Assembly: GCA_947631015.1 (NCBI GenBank) | Contig: CANRJS010000004.1 | Span: 48,913-112,912 of the forward strand | Source of the DNA: an uncultured Clostridia bacterium | GTDB lineage: Bacteria > Bacillota > Clostridia > Oscillospirales > JAAYOS01 | DNA length: 64,000 nucleotides | Direction: 5' to 3' | In this document: positions 46,266 to 57,055 of the stretch, in pieces | How the letters are laid out: every line of letters starts with the position of its first letter | How positions within the stretch are numbered: the first letter of the stretch is position 1 | Translations under genes and position numbers: made by a program | The notes under the pieces: generated by a model | Databases searched by the model: none | Seen by the model: only the letters and a program-made list of their open reading frames with translations | Told to the model about the DNA's origin: nothing

Positions 46266-47390
46266 TCAGAACTTGCCCCTCTCGCGGTCCTTCTGCTCGA
46301 ATATCTTCTTGAGGAGGTCCCAGTCGTCGTCCTCGGCGTCCTTGCCGCCGTCCGCAGGCGCGGCGGGAGCATCCTGCGTCCCGGCAGGCGCGGCGGGCTT
46401 CGCCGCATCCTGATGGCTGATGCCGGAACCGTCCACAAAGTTCGTGGCGATGACGGTTATGCGGATCTCATCGTCGAGCGAGTCGTCAAAGCCCGCGCCG
46501 AAGATGATGTTGCAGTCCTCGCTGACGGCGGATTGGACCATGCTCGCGGCGGTGGTGACGTCCTCGAGGCGGAGGGCAGTGGAGCCGGTGATGTTGAGTA
46601 TCACGCCGCGCGCGCCGTTTATCGAGGTCTCGAGCAGCGGGCTCTCTATCGCGATGCGCGCCGCCTCCTCGGCCTTGTTCTTGCCGGAGGCTCTGCCCAC
46701 GCCCATGTGCGCGAAGCCCGCGTTCTCCATGACGCTCTGGACGTCCGCAAAGTCGAGGTTTATGAGACCCGTGACCTTTATGAGGTCGGATATGCTCTGG
46801 ACGGCCTGACGCAGTACGTCGTCCGCTATCTCGAAGGCGTTGAGGAAGGTTATCTCCTTCTCGCTGACGTGCTGGAGGCGGTCATTGGGGATAACCACGA
46901 GCGAGTCGACCCGCTCGTGCAGCTCGTCTATGCCGGCGTTTGCCTGGTTCCTGCGGCGCATGCCCTCAAAGGCGAAGGGGCGCGTCACGACGCCGACGGT
47001 AAGTATGCCCATCTCCCGGGCGATGTCCGCTATTATCGGCGCCGCGCCGGTGCCGGTGCCGCCGCCCATTCCGGCGGTGATGAACACCATGTTCGTACCC
47101 TCGAGAGCTTTGGCTATCTGCGCGCGGCTCTCCTCGGCGCTCTTGCGGCCGACCTCGGGGTTGGAGCCCGCGCCGCGGCCGTGGGTGAGCTTTTCGCCTA
47201 TCTGTATCTTTTCGGTGGCGGAGGAGCCTTTGAGAGCCTGTATGTCGGTGTTGACGGCTATGAACTCCACGCCGTGCATCCCGGAATTTATCATGCGGTT
47301 CACGACGTTGCAGCCGCCGCCGCCAACGCCCAGAACTTTTATGACGACGCCGGCCTCTATCCCGGTGTCCATGTCGAAAGTCATACCCAT
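46266..47390 (-). CDS. ftsZ: Cell division protein FtsZ
   Basis: [13 protein letters not shown] and [15 protein letters not shown] tubulin signature. Start placed at ATG 47390 (RBS GGAGG 9 nt upstream). ATGs at 47384 and 47408 are alternatives. Confidence 0.95.
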   Translation of the reverse strand: MGMTFDMDTGIEAGVVIKVLGVGGGGCNVVNRMINSGMHGVEFIAVNTDIQALKGSSATEKIQIGEKLTHGRGAGSNPEVGRKSAEESRAQIAKALEGTNMVFITAGMGGGTGTGAAPIIADIAREMGILTVGVVTRPFAFEGMRRRNQANAGIDELHERVDSLVVIPNDRLQHVSEKEITFLNAFEIADDVLRQAVQSISDLIKVTGLINLDFADVQSVMENAGFAHMGVGRASGKNKAEEAARIAIESPLLETSINGARGVILNITGSTALRLEDVTTAASMVQSAVSEDCNIIFGAGFDDSLDDEIRITVIATNFVDGSGISHQDAAKPAAPAGTQDAPAAPADGGKDAEDDDWDLLKKIFEQKDRERGKF

Positions 47391-47554
47391 TTTCAACTTC
47401 CTCCCCAAAGGTCTTTTTTATCCGGCAAAATCTGCCTTAACGTGACATACACAAGGTGTTGTACAGCATATACTCATAAGTATACTATATTTTATCGCGT
47501 TTTTCCACGCAGGTCAAGAGCCGAGCGCGCATTTTCCTAAAAATAAGCGATTTT

Positions 47555-48331
47555 TCAGAACTCCTCGAGGAACCGCGCCTCGCCCTTTTCGATGAGGCGG
47601 CTGAGGTCGATGCTTCCCTTCTGGTTCGGCCCCAGCTTGTTCTGCACTATCTCGCGCAGATACTCTATCTTGTAGTCCAGATCCTCAGGCGCGCCGAAGT
47701 CGACATCGAAGCGCCCGTCGAGCCTTATCGACACGTCGTACAGTCCGGACAGGTCTATCTCCTCCACATCGCGGAGCATCCCGGAGCGCTCGAGAGCGGA
47801 GAGGGTTTCTGTGTAGGTCTGAAGGCGAAGCTCGCCCTCCTCGCCGAGCTCCGCCGTGCTTCCCTCGAGCGGCGTCACCGGCTGCACGCCGTCCACGCGT
47901 ATGAGACCCGTCGGCTCCTCCGTGACGCGTTCGAGAAGCTTCCCCTCGGTGTTGCAGAGCCAGAAGTCCCCCGCGCCGGTGAAGTACGCCACGGCCTTCG
48001 TCTCGGTGACGGTGATTATGAGCGTATCCGGCAGGCGGCGGGTTATCTTCACCCCGTCCACGTAAGGGAGGGCGGAGGTTATGCCTATCGTCATTCCTCT
48101 CTTGTTTATGAACACGAGGTTTGAACCGGTCTCCGCGCCGGAGGCCGCGATTATATCCGTATCCTTGTAGTGTCCGACGCCCTCGACCTCGATGTGCTTC
48201 ATCTTGAAGAAGATGAATATCGCCGCCGTCGTCACCGCCGCTATCACCGCGACGAGGAAAAGCACCGACAGGCAGCCGGGTGCTCCCCGTCCGCCTGTGC
48301 TTCTCCTTCTCGGTTGTCTTCTTCTCGACAT
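47555..48331 (-). CDS. ftsQ: Cell division protein FtsQ/DivIB (POTRA domain)
   Basis: 258 aa with a basic N-terminus, one TM helix and a POTRA-like segment (IEVEGVGHYKDTDIIAASG). Position between murA and ftsZ. Confidence 0.8.
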   Translation of the reverse strand: MSRRRQPRRRSTGGRGAPGCLSVLFLVAVIAAVTTAAIFIFFKMKHIEVEGVGHYKDTDIIAASGAETGSNLVFINKRGMTIGITSALPYVDGVKITRRLPDTLIITVTETKAVAYFTGAGDFWLCNTEGKLLERVTEEPTGLIRVDGVQPVTPLEGSTAELGEEGELRLQTYTETLSALERSGMLRDVEEIDLSGLYDVSIRLDGRFDVDFGAPEDLDYKIEYLREIVQNKLGPNQKGSIDLSRLIEKGEARFLEEF

Positions 48332-48353
48332 CTCAAAACGTCCTTCTGTACCT

Positions 48354-49604
48354 TTATTCCCGGCTTATGTCCGCTCCTAGCGAACGGAGCGACTCCTCCA
48401 GGCCGAAATAACCCCGCTCGATGTGCTCGGTGCCGCCGATGCGTGTGCGTCCCTCCGCGCCGAGCGCTGCGACGACGAGTCCCGCGCCGCCGCGAAGGTC
48501 GGTTGCGTGTACCTCCGCCCCGAAAAGGCGTTCCACGCCCTGTACGAGCGCGACCCTGCCCTCCGCGCGTATATCCGCGCCCATGCGCATGAGTTCGCCC
48601 GCGTGACGGTACCTGCTCTCGAAGATGTTCTCCACGAACATCGTCGCGCCGCGCGCCGTCGCCATGACGCTCATCATTATCGACTGCGCGTCTGTGGGAA
48701 ATCCCGGGTAGGGCTGCGTCTTTATCGGCCGGACTGCCGCGAGCCGTCTCGCGGCGGACACCTGTATGACGCTTCCCTGTTCGCACACGTCCGCGCCGGC
48801 CTCGCGGAGCACCGCGCTGACGGCGCTCACCTGCTCCGGCCGCGCGTTCTCGATGAGCACCGCGCCGCCCGCGGCGGCGACTGCCGCCATGTATGTAGCC
48901 GCGACTATCCGGTCTGGTATGACCCGGTGCCGCGCGCCGTGAAGCGGGCGGCCTCCCTCTATCTCGACAGTCATTCCGCCCGCGCCGCGCACGTCCGCGC
49001 CAAGCGCGCACAGGAAATCCTGAAGATCGACTATTTCCGGCTCGCGCGCCGGGTTGAATATCCGCGTCCTGCCCTTCGCCGCAGTCGCGGCGAGCATGAT
49101 GTTCTCCGTCGCGCCGACGCTCGGGAACGCCAGCGTCACGTCCGCGCCGCGCATGTTCTCGGCGCGGCAGCATATCCTTCCGCCCGACTCGGTTATCTCC
49201 GCCCCGAGCGCCCGAAGTCCCGCGAGGTGGAGGTCTATCGGCCGCGCTCCGAGCTCGCACCCGCCCGGCCTGCTCACCTCCGCGTATCCGCAGCGCGCGG
49301 CGAGCGCGCCGAGAAAGGTCACCGAGGAGCGCATCTCCCGCATCTGTGCGTCGGGGATGTCCTGCCGGACGATGTCCCCCGCGCGCACCGCGAGGGTGTC
49401 TCCGTCCCTCCGCACCTCGGCTCCGAGGCGCGAAAGTATCCTCCCCGTCGCCTCGACGTCCCGCAGGGCGGGACAGTCCTCCAGAACACATTCGCCGTCC
49501 GTTAATACACAGGCGGCAAGTATCGGCAGCGCGCTGTTCTTTGCGCCGTGTACGCGCACGCTGCCGTACAGCTTCTTTCCTCCGTCGATAATGAGCGTGC
49601 CCAT
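48354..49604 (-). CDS. murA: UDP-N-acetylglucosamine 1-carboxyvinyltransferase
   Basis: 416 aa from ATG 49604 (RBS GGAGG). MGTLIIDGGKKLYGSV.. and active-site PGGCELGARPIDLH. Confidence 0.93.
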   Translation of the reverse strand: MGTLIIDGGKKLYGSVRVHGAKNSALPILAACVLTDGECVLEDCPALRDVEATGRILSRLGAEVRRDGDTLAVRAGDIVRQDIPDAQMREMRSSVTFLGALAARCGYAEVSRPGGCELGARPIDLHLAGLRALGAEITESGGRICCRAENMRGADVTLAFPSVGATENIMLAATAAKGRTRIFNPAREPEIVDLQDFLCALGADVRGAGGMTVEIEGGRPLHGARHRVIPDRIVAATYMAAVAAAGGAVLIENARPEQVSAVSAVLREAGADVCEQGSVIQVSAARRLAAVRPIKTQPYPGFPTDAQSIMMSVMATARGATMFVENIFESRYRHAGELMRMGADIRAEGRVALVQGVERLFGAEVHATDLRGGAGLVVAALGAEGRTRIGGTEHIERGYFGLEESLRSLGADISRE

Positions 49605-49717
49605 ATCCGCCTCCGATTGAACAATGGTTTGGTCTTTCGTCCGCACCATACTATTCCTTCAGAGTACAGACGGTGAATGCTCTGCCGTATCGCAGACCTC
49701 GGCGTGCCTGCGGAAGC

Positions 49718-50851
49718 TTACCGCTCTCCGTCCGCAAGGCCGCATATCGTGTCGTAGATCCTAGACGCGGCGTCGAGGACGGCCATCTCCCGCAGCGCCG
49801 CACTCATTTGCGCGAGGCGCGCGGGGTCGCCGAGGAGCCCCTTTATCGTTCCGTAGAGCAGCTCGGGCGTGCAGTCCTTCTCGACTATCACGACCGCGCC
49901 GCCCGCGCGTTCGAGCGCTCTGGCGTTCGCCTCCTGGTGATTCTCCGCCACGTTCGGCGAGGGGATTATCACCGCCGGCTTCGCCGCCGCTATGAGCTCA
50001 CTCAGGGTGCTCGCCCCGCCGCGGCAGACCATCAGGTCGGCGGCGCACGCCGCCTCCGGCATGTTGAAGATATACTCGCGCATGTCTATCTGCGGCTGAC
50101 GCTCGAGGTCGATGCCCATGTCGCGGAGAAGCTCGGGCATCCACTTCCAGCCGAAGCTGCCAGTGGAGTGGATGTGGCGGAACCGCGCGCTGTCCTCGCA
50201 CTCGAGGCGCATGACGTTTGCTATCGTGCGGTTCATCTCCCGCGCGCCGAGGCTCCCCCAGTAGCTGACGACTACCTTCTCATCCTGCGGAATGCCCATC
50301 GCGTCGCGGGCGCGCTCGCGGCTGCCGAAGATGAACTCCTCGCGCACCGGCGTGCCTGTGACGACCGTCCTCTCCGGGTTCCTGTAGTGCTGCGCCGCCT
50401 CGGCAAAGCCGACCATAATCCTGTCCGCGTGTTTTGCGAGCACCGAGGTCGTGAGGCCGGGCTTTACGTTTGACTCGTGAATTGCCGTCGGGATGCCGAG
50501 CTTCTGCGCCGCCGCGACCGCCGGGTAGCTTGCAAACCCTCCCGTTCCGACCACGACGTCAGGCTTAAACGACGTTATTATCTCCTTTGCCCGCTTCAGC
50601 GCCTTTCGGCGCATGAAGAAGACCTCCGTGTTGTGCTTTATCGCGCCGAGGCTCAGTCCCCGCGCAAACGAGCCTATCCGCACCGTCTCGATGTGGAAGC
50701 CCTCTCGCGGCACGAGCTGCGTCTCCATCGCGCCCTCGGCGCCCACGAACAGCACCTCGCTCGAGGGACGGCGTTCCATCACCATCCGCGCGACGGCTAT
50801 CGCCGGGTTGATGTGTCCCGCCGTACCGCCGCAGGTAAAGATAACTCTCAT
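49718..50851 (-). CDS. murG: UDP-N-acetylglucosamine--N-acetylmuramyl-(pentapeptide) pyrophosphoryl-undecaprenol GlcNAc transferase
   Basis: 377 aa from ATG 50851 (RBS GAGGAGG), with MRVIFTCGGTAGHINPAIAV. The track's 649-aa ORF is a spurious upstream extension across ftsW in another frame. Confidence 0.93.
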   Translation of the reverse strand: MRVIFTCGGTAGHINPAIAVARMVMERRPSSEVLFVGAEGAMETQLVPREGFHIETVRIGSFARGLSLGAIKHNTEVFFMRRKALKRAKEIITSFKPDVVVGTGGFASYPAVAAAQKLGIPTAIHESNVKPGLTTSVLAKHADRIMVGFAEAAQHYRNPERTVVTGTPVREEFIFGSRERARDAMGIPQDEKVVVSYWGSLGAREMNRTIANVMRLECEDSARFRHIHSTGSFGWKWMPELLRDMGIDLERQPQIDMREYIFNMPEAACAADLMVCRGGASTLSELIAAAKPAVIIPSPNVAENHQEANARALERAGGAVVIVEKDCTPELLYGTIKGLLGDPARLAQMSAALREMAVLDAASRIYDTICGLADGER

Positions 50852-50862
50852 GCTCCGCCTCC

Positions 50863-52029
50863 TCAGCCCGACCGCTGTGCGGGGATCTGCCGTGACACAC
50901 TGAGGACTATGCCCATCTCCACGAGCTGTATGAGCAGCGCGCTTCCTCCGTAGCTGAAGAAGGGCAGGCTCACGCCGGTGGTGGGTATGAGATTCGTCAC
51001 GACCGCGATATTGAGAAACACCTGCACGGCAAAGAGCGTCGTGACGCCCGTCGCGAGGAGCGAACCGAACCTGTCGCGCGCCTTTACCGCTATCCAGTAG
51101 CCGCGAATGACGAGCAGGGCAAAGAGCACGAGCACGACGCACGCGCCGACGAACCCCAGCTCCTCGCAGACTATCGCAAAGACAAAGTCGTTCTGCTGCT
51201 CCGGCAGGTACAGATACTTCTGACGGCTCTTGCCTATGCCGAGGCCGAGCAGTCCACCCGAGCCGACGGCGTAGAGCGACTGGATGATCTGGTAGCCGTC
51301 CCCCTGCGCGTCCGACCACGGATCGCGCCATATCTGGAGGCGCGCTATCGAATGGCTCATGTTTGTCATGATGAACCATATCCCGACGACGGCTATCGCG
51401 GCGACCGCCGCGAACCATCCCCAGTGGACGCCGCCGACAAACATCAGCGTTCCGCCGACGACGGCTATGAGTATCATTCCCGAGAGGTGCGGCTGCGCCC
51501 ACATCAGTCCGCATATCACCGCAAGTATTATCGCAAACGGAAGTATTCCGTACCGGAAGGTCTTCATCTTCTCGCGGAAGGCGGAGGCCATCGTCGCGAA
51601 GGTCATTATGACGGCGAGCTTTGCTATCTCGCTCGGCTGAACGCTTATCGGGCCGAATTGCAGCCACCTCGTCGCGCCGCCGCCCTTCTTGCCGATGCCG
51701 GGGATGAGCACCAGTCCGAGCAGCACCACCGCGACGGCGAGCGCGCCGAAGCTCAGCATGCGGAAGCTCTGATAGTTCATCCTGCTGATGAAAAGCATCA
51801 GCGCAACGCCCGCCACGCCGACCGCACCCTGCCTTATGAGGAAGTGCGCCGAGCTGGATTCCTTGTAGTACGCCGTGGCGTAGCTCGCCGAGAACATCAT
51901 TATCGTTCCTATCGACAGCAGGAGTATCACGAGCAGCAGGAACGGGAGGTCCATCGGCCTCATTATCCGTTCGGGGCGCGCCGTCTTCGATTTTCTCTTT
52001 TTTCCCTTCAAAATATCCGTAGACTGCAT
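50863..52029 (-). CDS. ftsW: SEDS family protein FtsW/SpoVE (peptidoglycan polymerase / lipid II-related)
   Basis: 388 aa, about 10 TM helices, with the conserved ..LPEQQNDFVFA.. and ..GVSLPFFSYGGS.. motifs. Confidence 0.9.
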   Translation of the reverse strand: MQSTDILKGKKRKSKTARPERIMRPMDLPFLLLVILLLSIGTIMMFSASYATAYYKESSSAHFLIRQGAVGVAGVALMLFISRMNYQSFRMLSFGALAVAVVLLGLVLIPGIGKKGGGATRWLQFGPISVQPSEIAKLAVIMTFATMASAFREKMKTFRYGILPFAIILAVICGLMWAQPHLSGMILIAVVGGTLMFVGGVHWGWFAAVAAIAVVGIWFIMTNMSHSIARLQIWRDPWSDAQGDGYQIIQSLYAVGSGGLLGLGIGKSRQKYLYLPEQQNDFVFAIVCEELGFVGACVVLVLFALLVIRGYWIAVKARDRFGSLLATGVTTLFAVQVFLNIAVVTNLIPTTGVSLPFFSYGGSALLIQLVEMGIVLSVSRQIPAQRSG

Positions 52030-52102
52030 AGTGCCTCCCGAATCGTTGGATTTTTCACCGAGCTTCCCGCCGCCGTACCAATTCCGAACCGTCCGCGCTC
52101 CG

Positions 52103-53116
52103 TCAGACCGTGTGCAGGCCGCCCATGCCGAGGTACGCGACGACGCACATCACGACCGTCACAAGCCCGAACACGCAGCAGAGCTTCTTTTCCGACCAGC
52201 CGCCCATCTCAAAGTGGTGATGTATCGGCGCCATCCGGAAGAGCCGCTTGCCGTGCGTCGCCTTGAAGTATACCACCTGGAGCACGACCGAAAGTATCTC
52301 TATGACGTAGATAAGACCGACTATCGGAATGGCGAGCGGCGCGTCGCACGCGAACGCAAGCGCGCAGACCATCCCGCCTAGGAATAGCGAGCCCGTGTCG
52401 CCCATGAATATCTTAGCAGGGTTGAAGTTGTATACGAGAAAACCCGCTATCCCGCCGACGACTCCCGCCGCCACGGCACTCACGCCGAGGCTTTCGCGCA
52501 TCACGCCGAGCACGGCAAAGAACACCATCACCGGCAGGGACACCGTTCCGAGCAGACCGTCCACTCCGTCGGTGAAGTTGACGGCGTTCACCGTCGCGAC
52601 TATCGCGAGCACCGCGAGGACCATGTAGAGCGTCCAGTCTATCGGTATCGTCACACCCGCGAAGGGTATGTAGACGTTCGGCGTGAGCATTCCCGCGAGC
52701 CGCAGATAGCTGACGTATGCGAGCGACCACGCGACCTGGAGCACGAGCTTCTGTATAACGGTGAGGCCGAGGTTGCGGTGCTTTGCGACCTTCACGAAGT
52801 CGTCAAGGAAGCCTATGACGCCGAACCCGAGCGCGAACAGGAGTATCACCCCCGGCAGCTCCGCGTTCCCGTCTCCGGAGACGAGTGAGGCTATCGTCGC
52901 CGCCACCGTCGTGACGGCGGACGCCGCTATGAACATCACGCCGCCCATCGTCGGCGTGCCCGCCTTCGACATGTGCCAGCGCGGGCCGTCCTCGCGTATC
53001 TCCTGCCCGAAGTGCTTCTTCCGCATAAAGGGTATGAAAAACTTTCCGACGACCAGAGCGACTATAAACCCGACTATCGGGCAGACCGCCGCCGTTATCT
53101 TCATCACGCTGTCCAT
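52103..53116 (-). CDS. mraY: Phospho-N-acetylmuramoyl-pentapeptide transferase
   Basis: 337 aa with KAGTPTMGG, NAVNFTDGVDGL and PIHHHFE motifs. Confidence 0.95.
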   Translation of the reverse strand: MDSVMKITAAVCPIVGFIVALVVGKFFIPFMRKKHFGQEIREDGPRWHMSKAGTPTMGGVMFIAASAVTTVAATIASLVSGDGNAELPGVILLFALGFGVIGFLDDFVKVAKHRNLGLTVIQKLVLQVAWSLAYVSYLRLAGMLTPNVYIPFAGVTIPIDWTLYMVLAVLAIVATVNAVNFTDGVDGLLGTVSLPVMVFFAVLGVMRESLGVSAVAAGVVGGIAGFLVYNFNPAKIFMGDTGSLFLGGMVCALAFACDAPLAIPIVGLIYVIEILSVVLQVVYFKATHGKRLFRMAPIHHHFEMGGWSEKKLCCVFGLVTVVMCVVAYLGMGGLHTV

Positions 53117-53170
53117 TCCGGTCTCCTCCCATGCCTCCCGCCGCGAAACGCCGTTTCACGGCGGAGCTTC

Positions 53171-54610
53171 TTACTTTGCGAAATACTCCGCGACGACTTC
53201 CCTTTCGTCGAGGTGTCTTCTCTCTCCCATTATCTCCTGATAGGTCTCCTGACCCTTGCCCGCGAGCAGAACGACGTCGTCCTTCTTCGCCGTGCCGAGC
53301 GCCCACGCTATAGCCTCGCGTCGGTCGGGTATCACCATGCGCTTCTCGGGCTGCTTCATCCCCGCGACAATGTCCGCGATTATCGCCTCCGGCTCCTCGC
53401 TTCTCGGATTATCCGAGGTGACGACGCAGAAGTCCGCGAGCCTCTCCGCCATGTCGCCCATTATCGGGCGCTTGGTGCGGTCGCGGTCGCCTCCGCAGCC
53501 GAAGACTATTATCAGCCGCCCCTTCGTTGTGGGACGGAGCGCGCGGAGGATGTTCTCTATCCCGTCCGGCGTATGCGCGTAGTCGATGACGACCGAGTAG
53601 TCGGTGGGCGTCGGCACGAGCTCCGCGCGTCCCTTGACGCCTCCGAACTCCCCGAGCGCGCGCGCCGCGTCCTCGAGGGAAATACCGAGCGCGGCGGCGC
53701 AGCCGAGCGCCGTGAGCGCGTTGTGGACCGAGAACTCTCCGGGTATCGCGAGCTTGACGTGCGCCTGCTCGCCGCCGCGCCGCGCCACGAACTCCACCCC
53801 GTCCGGGGTGTAGGTCACGCGCCCGGCGGAGATGGCTGCGCCGCTCTCGCCGTGCGCCGTCGTGGTGACGGCGGGACACTTCACCGTGTCCGCGAGCCGC
53901 CTGCCGTACTCGTCGTCGAGGTTGATCGAGGCGAGTCCGCACATCGAAAACAGCTTCTTCTTTGCCTCGAAGTAGTTTTCCATCGTGCCGTGGAAGTCGA
54001 GGTGATCCTGCGTGAGGTTCGTGAACGCGCCCACGCGGAACTTCACGTCGGCCACGCGATGAAGCGCGAGCGCGTGGCTTGAGACCTCCATGACGGCGTA
54101 CCGCTCGCCCGCCGCCGCCATCCTTGCGAATATCTTCTGGATGTCCACCGACTCGGGCGTCGTGCGCGTCGCCTCGACGTGCTCGCCGCCCGCGATTATC
54201 TCATTCGTGCCGATAAGTCCTACGCTCACTCCGCGCACCTTCTCTAGGATGTGCCGCACGAGGTAGGACGAGGTCGTCTTTCCGTTCGTACCGGTGATGC
54301 CTATGACCGTCATCCTCTCGGTGGGTCGTCCGCAGAGGTTCGCGGCGGCGCGGCTCATCTCGCGGCGGACGCTTTTCACGACGACGCAGGGCGCTCCGTC
54401 TATCGGACGTTCTGCGAGCACCGCCGCCGCGCCGCGCTCGAGCGCCATGGGGACGTATTTCGCGCCGTCCTCCTTCGTACCCGGCACCGCCGCGAAGAGC
54501 GCGCCGGGCGTCACCGCGCGGCTGTCGAACACCACGTCGGTTATATCGGTTTCGGGCGAAACGGTGCTTTCAATTATTTCCGCGCCCGCAAGTATATCTC
54601 TCAGCTTCAC
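53171..54610 (-). CDS. murE: UDP-N-acetylmuramoyl-L-alanyl-D-glutamate--2,6-diaminopimelate ligase
   Basis: 479 aa, GTG start with RBS AAGGAGA. GITGTNGKTT P-loop and the DNPR motif (SDNPRSE) indicative of meso-DAP specificity. Confidence 0.9.
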   Translation of the reverse strand: MKLRDILAGAEIIESTVSPETDITDVVFDSRAVTPGALFAAVPGTKEDGAKYVPMALERGAAAVLAERPIDGAPCVVVKSVRREMSRAAANLCGRPTERMTVIGITGTNGKTTSSYLVRHILEKVRGVSVGLIGTNEIIAGGEHVEATRTTPESVDIQKIFARMAAAGERYAVMEVSSHALALHRVADVKFRVGAFTNLTQDHLDFHGTMENYFEAKKKLFSMCGLASINLDDEYGRRLADTVKCPAVTTTAHGESGAAISAGRVTYTPDGVEFVARRGGEQAHVKLAIPGEFSVHNALTALGCAAALGISLEDAARALGEFGGVKGRAELVPTPTDYSVVIDYAHTPDGIENILRALRPTTKGRLIIVFGCGGDRDRTKRPIMGDMAERLADFCVVTSDNPRSEEPEAIIADIVAGMKQPEKRMVIPDRREAIAWALGTAKKDDVVLLAGKGQETYQEIMGERRHLDEREVVAEYFAK

Positions 54611-54649
54611 TTTTGTCTCCTTATTTCGCCGGTGTTGCCTGATTATCGT

Positions 54650-56953
54650 CTACATTGTTCCGACATTCGAGTCGAGGAAGCTCACGTCGATTATCGTGCC
54701 GCGCGGCACCTCCGTCCCGCCCTCGACCGACTGACTGACGGCGCGTATTGTGGACGCCGTGGCGCTCAGCGCGCCGGAGGGCTGGAGGTAAAGCCCCGCG
54801 TTCGTGAGCGCGACGTTCGCCTGCTCCGGCGACATTCCTATCACGTAAGGGACCGTCACCGTGTCGCTCGGCGCGTCTCCCTCGGTATAGAGGACTATGC
54901 GCGAGGAGGTCGTGACCTTCACGCCTCCGGGCGGCAGCTGGTCGGTGACGGTCTCTCCGTCGCCGACGACGCGGACGTTCTCGAAGCCGCGCTCCTTCAG
55001 CGCGTTCTTTGCCGCGTCCAGAGCGACGCCCCGCACATCCGGTACGGACACCGTCGCGCCGAACATCTCCTCGCCGGAGTACTCCGGCTCGTAGCCGAGG
55101 TAGGGCAGCAACTCCTCGAGTATGTCTCCCGCAAGCGGAGCGGCGAGGTAGCCGCCCGACCGCTGCGACACCGGCCAGCTCTCGCCGGGGGTGTCGAGTA
55201 TGACGAGCAGCGCTATCTCCGGGTCGTCCGCCGGGGCGACCGCCATAAAGCTTACGTCGTACTTTCCTTCGCTGTTCGCGACGCCTATCTTCTCCGACGT
55301 CGCGGTCTTGCCGCCTATCCGGTAGCCCGCGACCTGCGCGTTGCGTCCCGAGCCGTCCGCCACGACCGCCTCCATCATCCGGCACATCGTCGCCGACGTC
55401 TCCTCGCTTATCACCTGCCGCACGACCGTCGGCTCGGTTGCGTGCGCCACGGTGCCGTCCGAGTTCAGGATCTCCTGAACAATGTACGGCTTCATGAGGT
55501 AGCCGCCGTTGACGACGGCGGACACCGCCGTTATCATCTGTATCGGCGTGACGTTGAAGGTCTGACCGAAGCTCGCAACCGCGAGCGAGACCTGCTGACT
55601 TAAGAAGTTGCTCCTGTCGAATATCAGTCCGGGAGCCTCGCCGGGGAGGTCGATGCCGGTGTACTGACCGAACCCGTAAGCCTGCAGATAGTCGTAGAAG
55701 CGCTCGTTTCCGACCCTCTGACCTATCGCGATGAACGCCGGGTTGCAGGAGTTCTGGAGCGCGCGCTGGAGCGTCTGCGTACCGTGGCCGCTCCGCCGCC
55801 AACAGCTTATCGGCTTTGGCCAGCCGGTGACGCGCGTGGAGCCGGTGCAGGTGAAGGTCGAGGTCTCGTCGACGACGCCCTCCTCGAGCGCCATCGAAAG
55901 CGTAATGAGCTTGAATATCGAGCCGGGCTGGTAGGTATCGCTTATAGCCTTGTTTCTCCAATGTGCGTACTGGAGCTCGGCAAGCTTTGCGGTGTACTCG
56001 TCGCCCTCAAGACCCTCGAGTTCGGCGTAGTCCTCCTCGGTGAGGGCGCGCGGCTCGTTGAGGTCGCACCCGTCGGTCGTCGCCATACCGAGTATCGCGC
56101 CGGTATTGACGTCCATGACTATCGCGACGCCCTTCTCCTGTATGTCGTCCTCGATTATCGCGCGGGCAAGGTGCGTCTCGAGCATCTGCTGGACGGTCTG
56201 GTCTATCGTCAGCACGAGCGACTGCCCGTCCTGCGCGTCGTAATACTTCTCGAACTTGAACGGCATCGCCGTTCCCGCGTTGTTCTTGAGGCTCACGACC
56301 TTGCCCTCCACACCGGTGAGGGTGGAGTCGTAGTAGCTCTCGATGCCCTCGAGGCCCTCGTTGTCCACGCCGACGAAGCCTATCACCTGCGACGCGAAGC
56401 TGCCGAAGGAGTAGTAGCGCTTGGTGTCCGGCACTATCTCGATGGCGTTTAGGCCGCCGTTTGCCTTCTTGAACTCACGCACCTCGTCCGCGACGTCCTG
56501 CTCGACCTTCCGCTGAATAAGCTGGTATGCGAGGCTGCGGTTCTCGGTCTTTTTGAGGACGTTGTCGTAATCTATACCGAGTATCTCGCTGAGGCCGCGC
56601 GCTATGAGCTGAGCCTCCGCGTCGTCCTTGATGTTTCGCGGTGAGAGCTGTATCGTCTCTGCGGAGGCGCTTATCGCGAGCGTCGAACCATTGCGGTCAT
56701 AGATAACGCCCCTGTCCGCCTCGATTATCGAGCCACGCATCTGCTGACTTATCGCCTTCTGCTCATAGAAATCGTGGTCTACTATCTGGATATGATACAG
56801 CTGCCAGACGAGCGCCGTATAGCCGAGGATGAGTATCAGCCCCTCTATCAGCCATATCCGCAGCGTCATCGAACGGTCGGGGCGGATGCCGCCCTGCTCC
56901 GGCGACCTCAGCTTCTCTATTCTCTTTTCGCTGCCGTTCGTCTCTTTTGCCAT
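54650..56953 (-). CDS. Class B penicillin-binding protein (PBP2B/SpoVD-like) with two C-terminal PASTA domains
   Basis: 767 aa from ATG 56953 (RBS GGAGG). N-terminal TM helix, transpeptidase motifs SIFK (SxxK) and KTAT (KTG-like), and two PASTA repeats (VPDVRGVALDAAKNAL.., VPYVIGMSPEQANVAL..). Confidence 0.9.
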   Translation of the reverse strand: MAKETNGSEKRIEKLRSPEQGGIRPDRSMTLRIWLIEGLILILGYTALVWQLYHIQIVDHDFYEQKAISQQMRGSIIEADRGVIYDRNGSTLAISASAETIQLSPRNIKDDAEAQLIARGLSEILGIDYDNVLKKTENRSLAYQLIQRKVEQDVADEVREFKKANGGLNAIEIVPDTKRYYSFGSFASQVIGFVGVDNEGLEGIESYYDSTLTGVEGKVVSLKNNAGTAMPFKFEKYYDAQDGQSLVLTIDQTVQQMLETHLARAIIEDDIQEKGVAIVMDVNTGAILGMATTDGCDLNEPRALTEEDYAELEGLEGDEYTAKLAELQYAHWRNKAISDTYQPGSIFKLITLSMALEEGVVDETSTFTCTGSTRVTGWPKPISCWRRSGHGTQTLQRALQNSCNPAFIAIGQRVGNERFYDYLQAYGFGQYTGIDLPGEAPGLIFDRSNFLSQQVSLAVASFGQTFNVTPIQMITAVSAVVNGGYLMKPYIVQEILNSDGTVAHATEPTVVRQVISEETSATMCRMMEAVVADGSGRNAQVAGYRIGGKTATSEKIGVANSEGKYDVSFMAVAPADDPEIALLVILDTPGESWPVSQRSGGYLAAPLAGDILEELLPYLGYEPEYSGEEMFGATVSVPDVRGVALDAAKNALKERGFENVRVVGDGETVTDQLPPGGVKVTTSSRIVLYTEGDAPSDTVTVPYVIGMSPEQANVALTNAGLYLQPSGALSATASTIRAVSQSVEGGTEVPRGTIIDVSFLDSNVGTM

Positions 56954-57055
56954 GTTTGCCTCCGCGCGCCCATTCGAGCAGTAAAGGGGGGAATCTTCCC
57001 CCCTCCCGATCATCTGCCGTTTTTGCCGTTAAAGTATATTTCGCACATCTTCACA

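Noticed and set aside
49718-51667. 649-aa ORF in the track.
   Set aside because: Only the C-terminal 377 aa (from ATG 50851, with an RBS) is MurG. The upstream part is an Arg-rich alternative frame running across ftsW.
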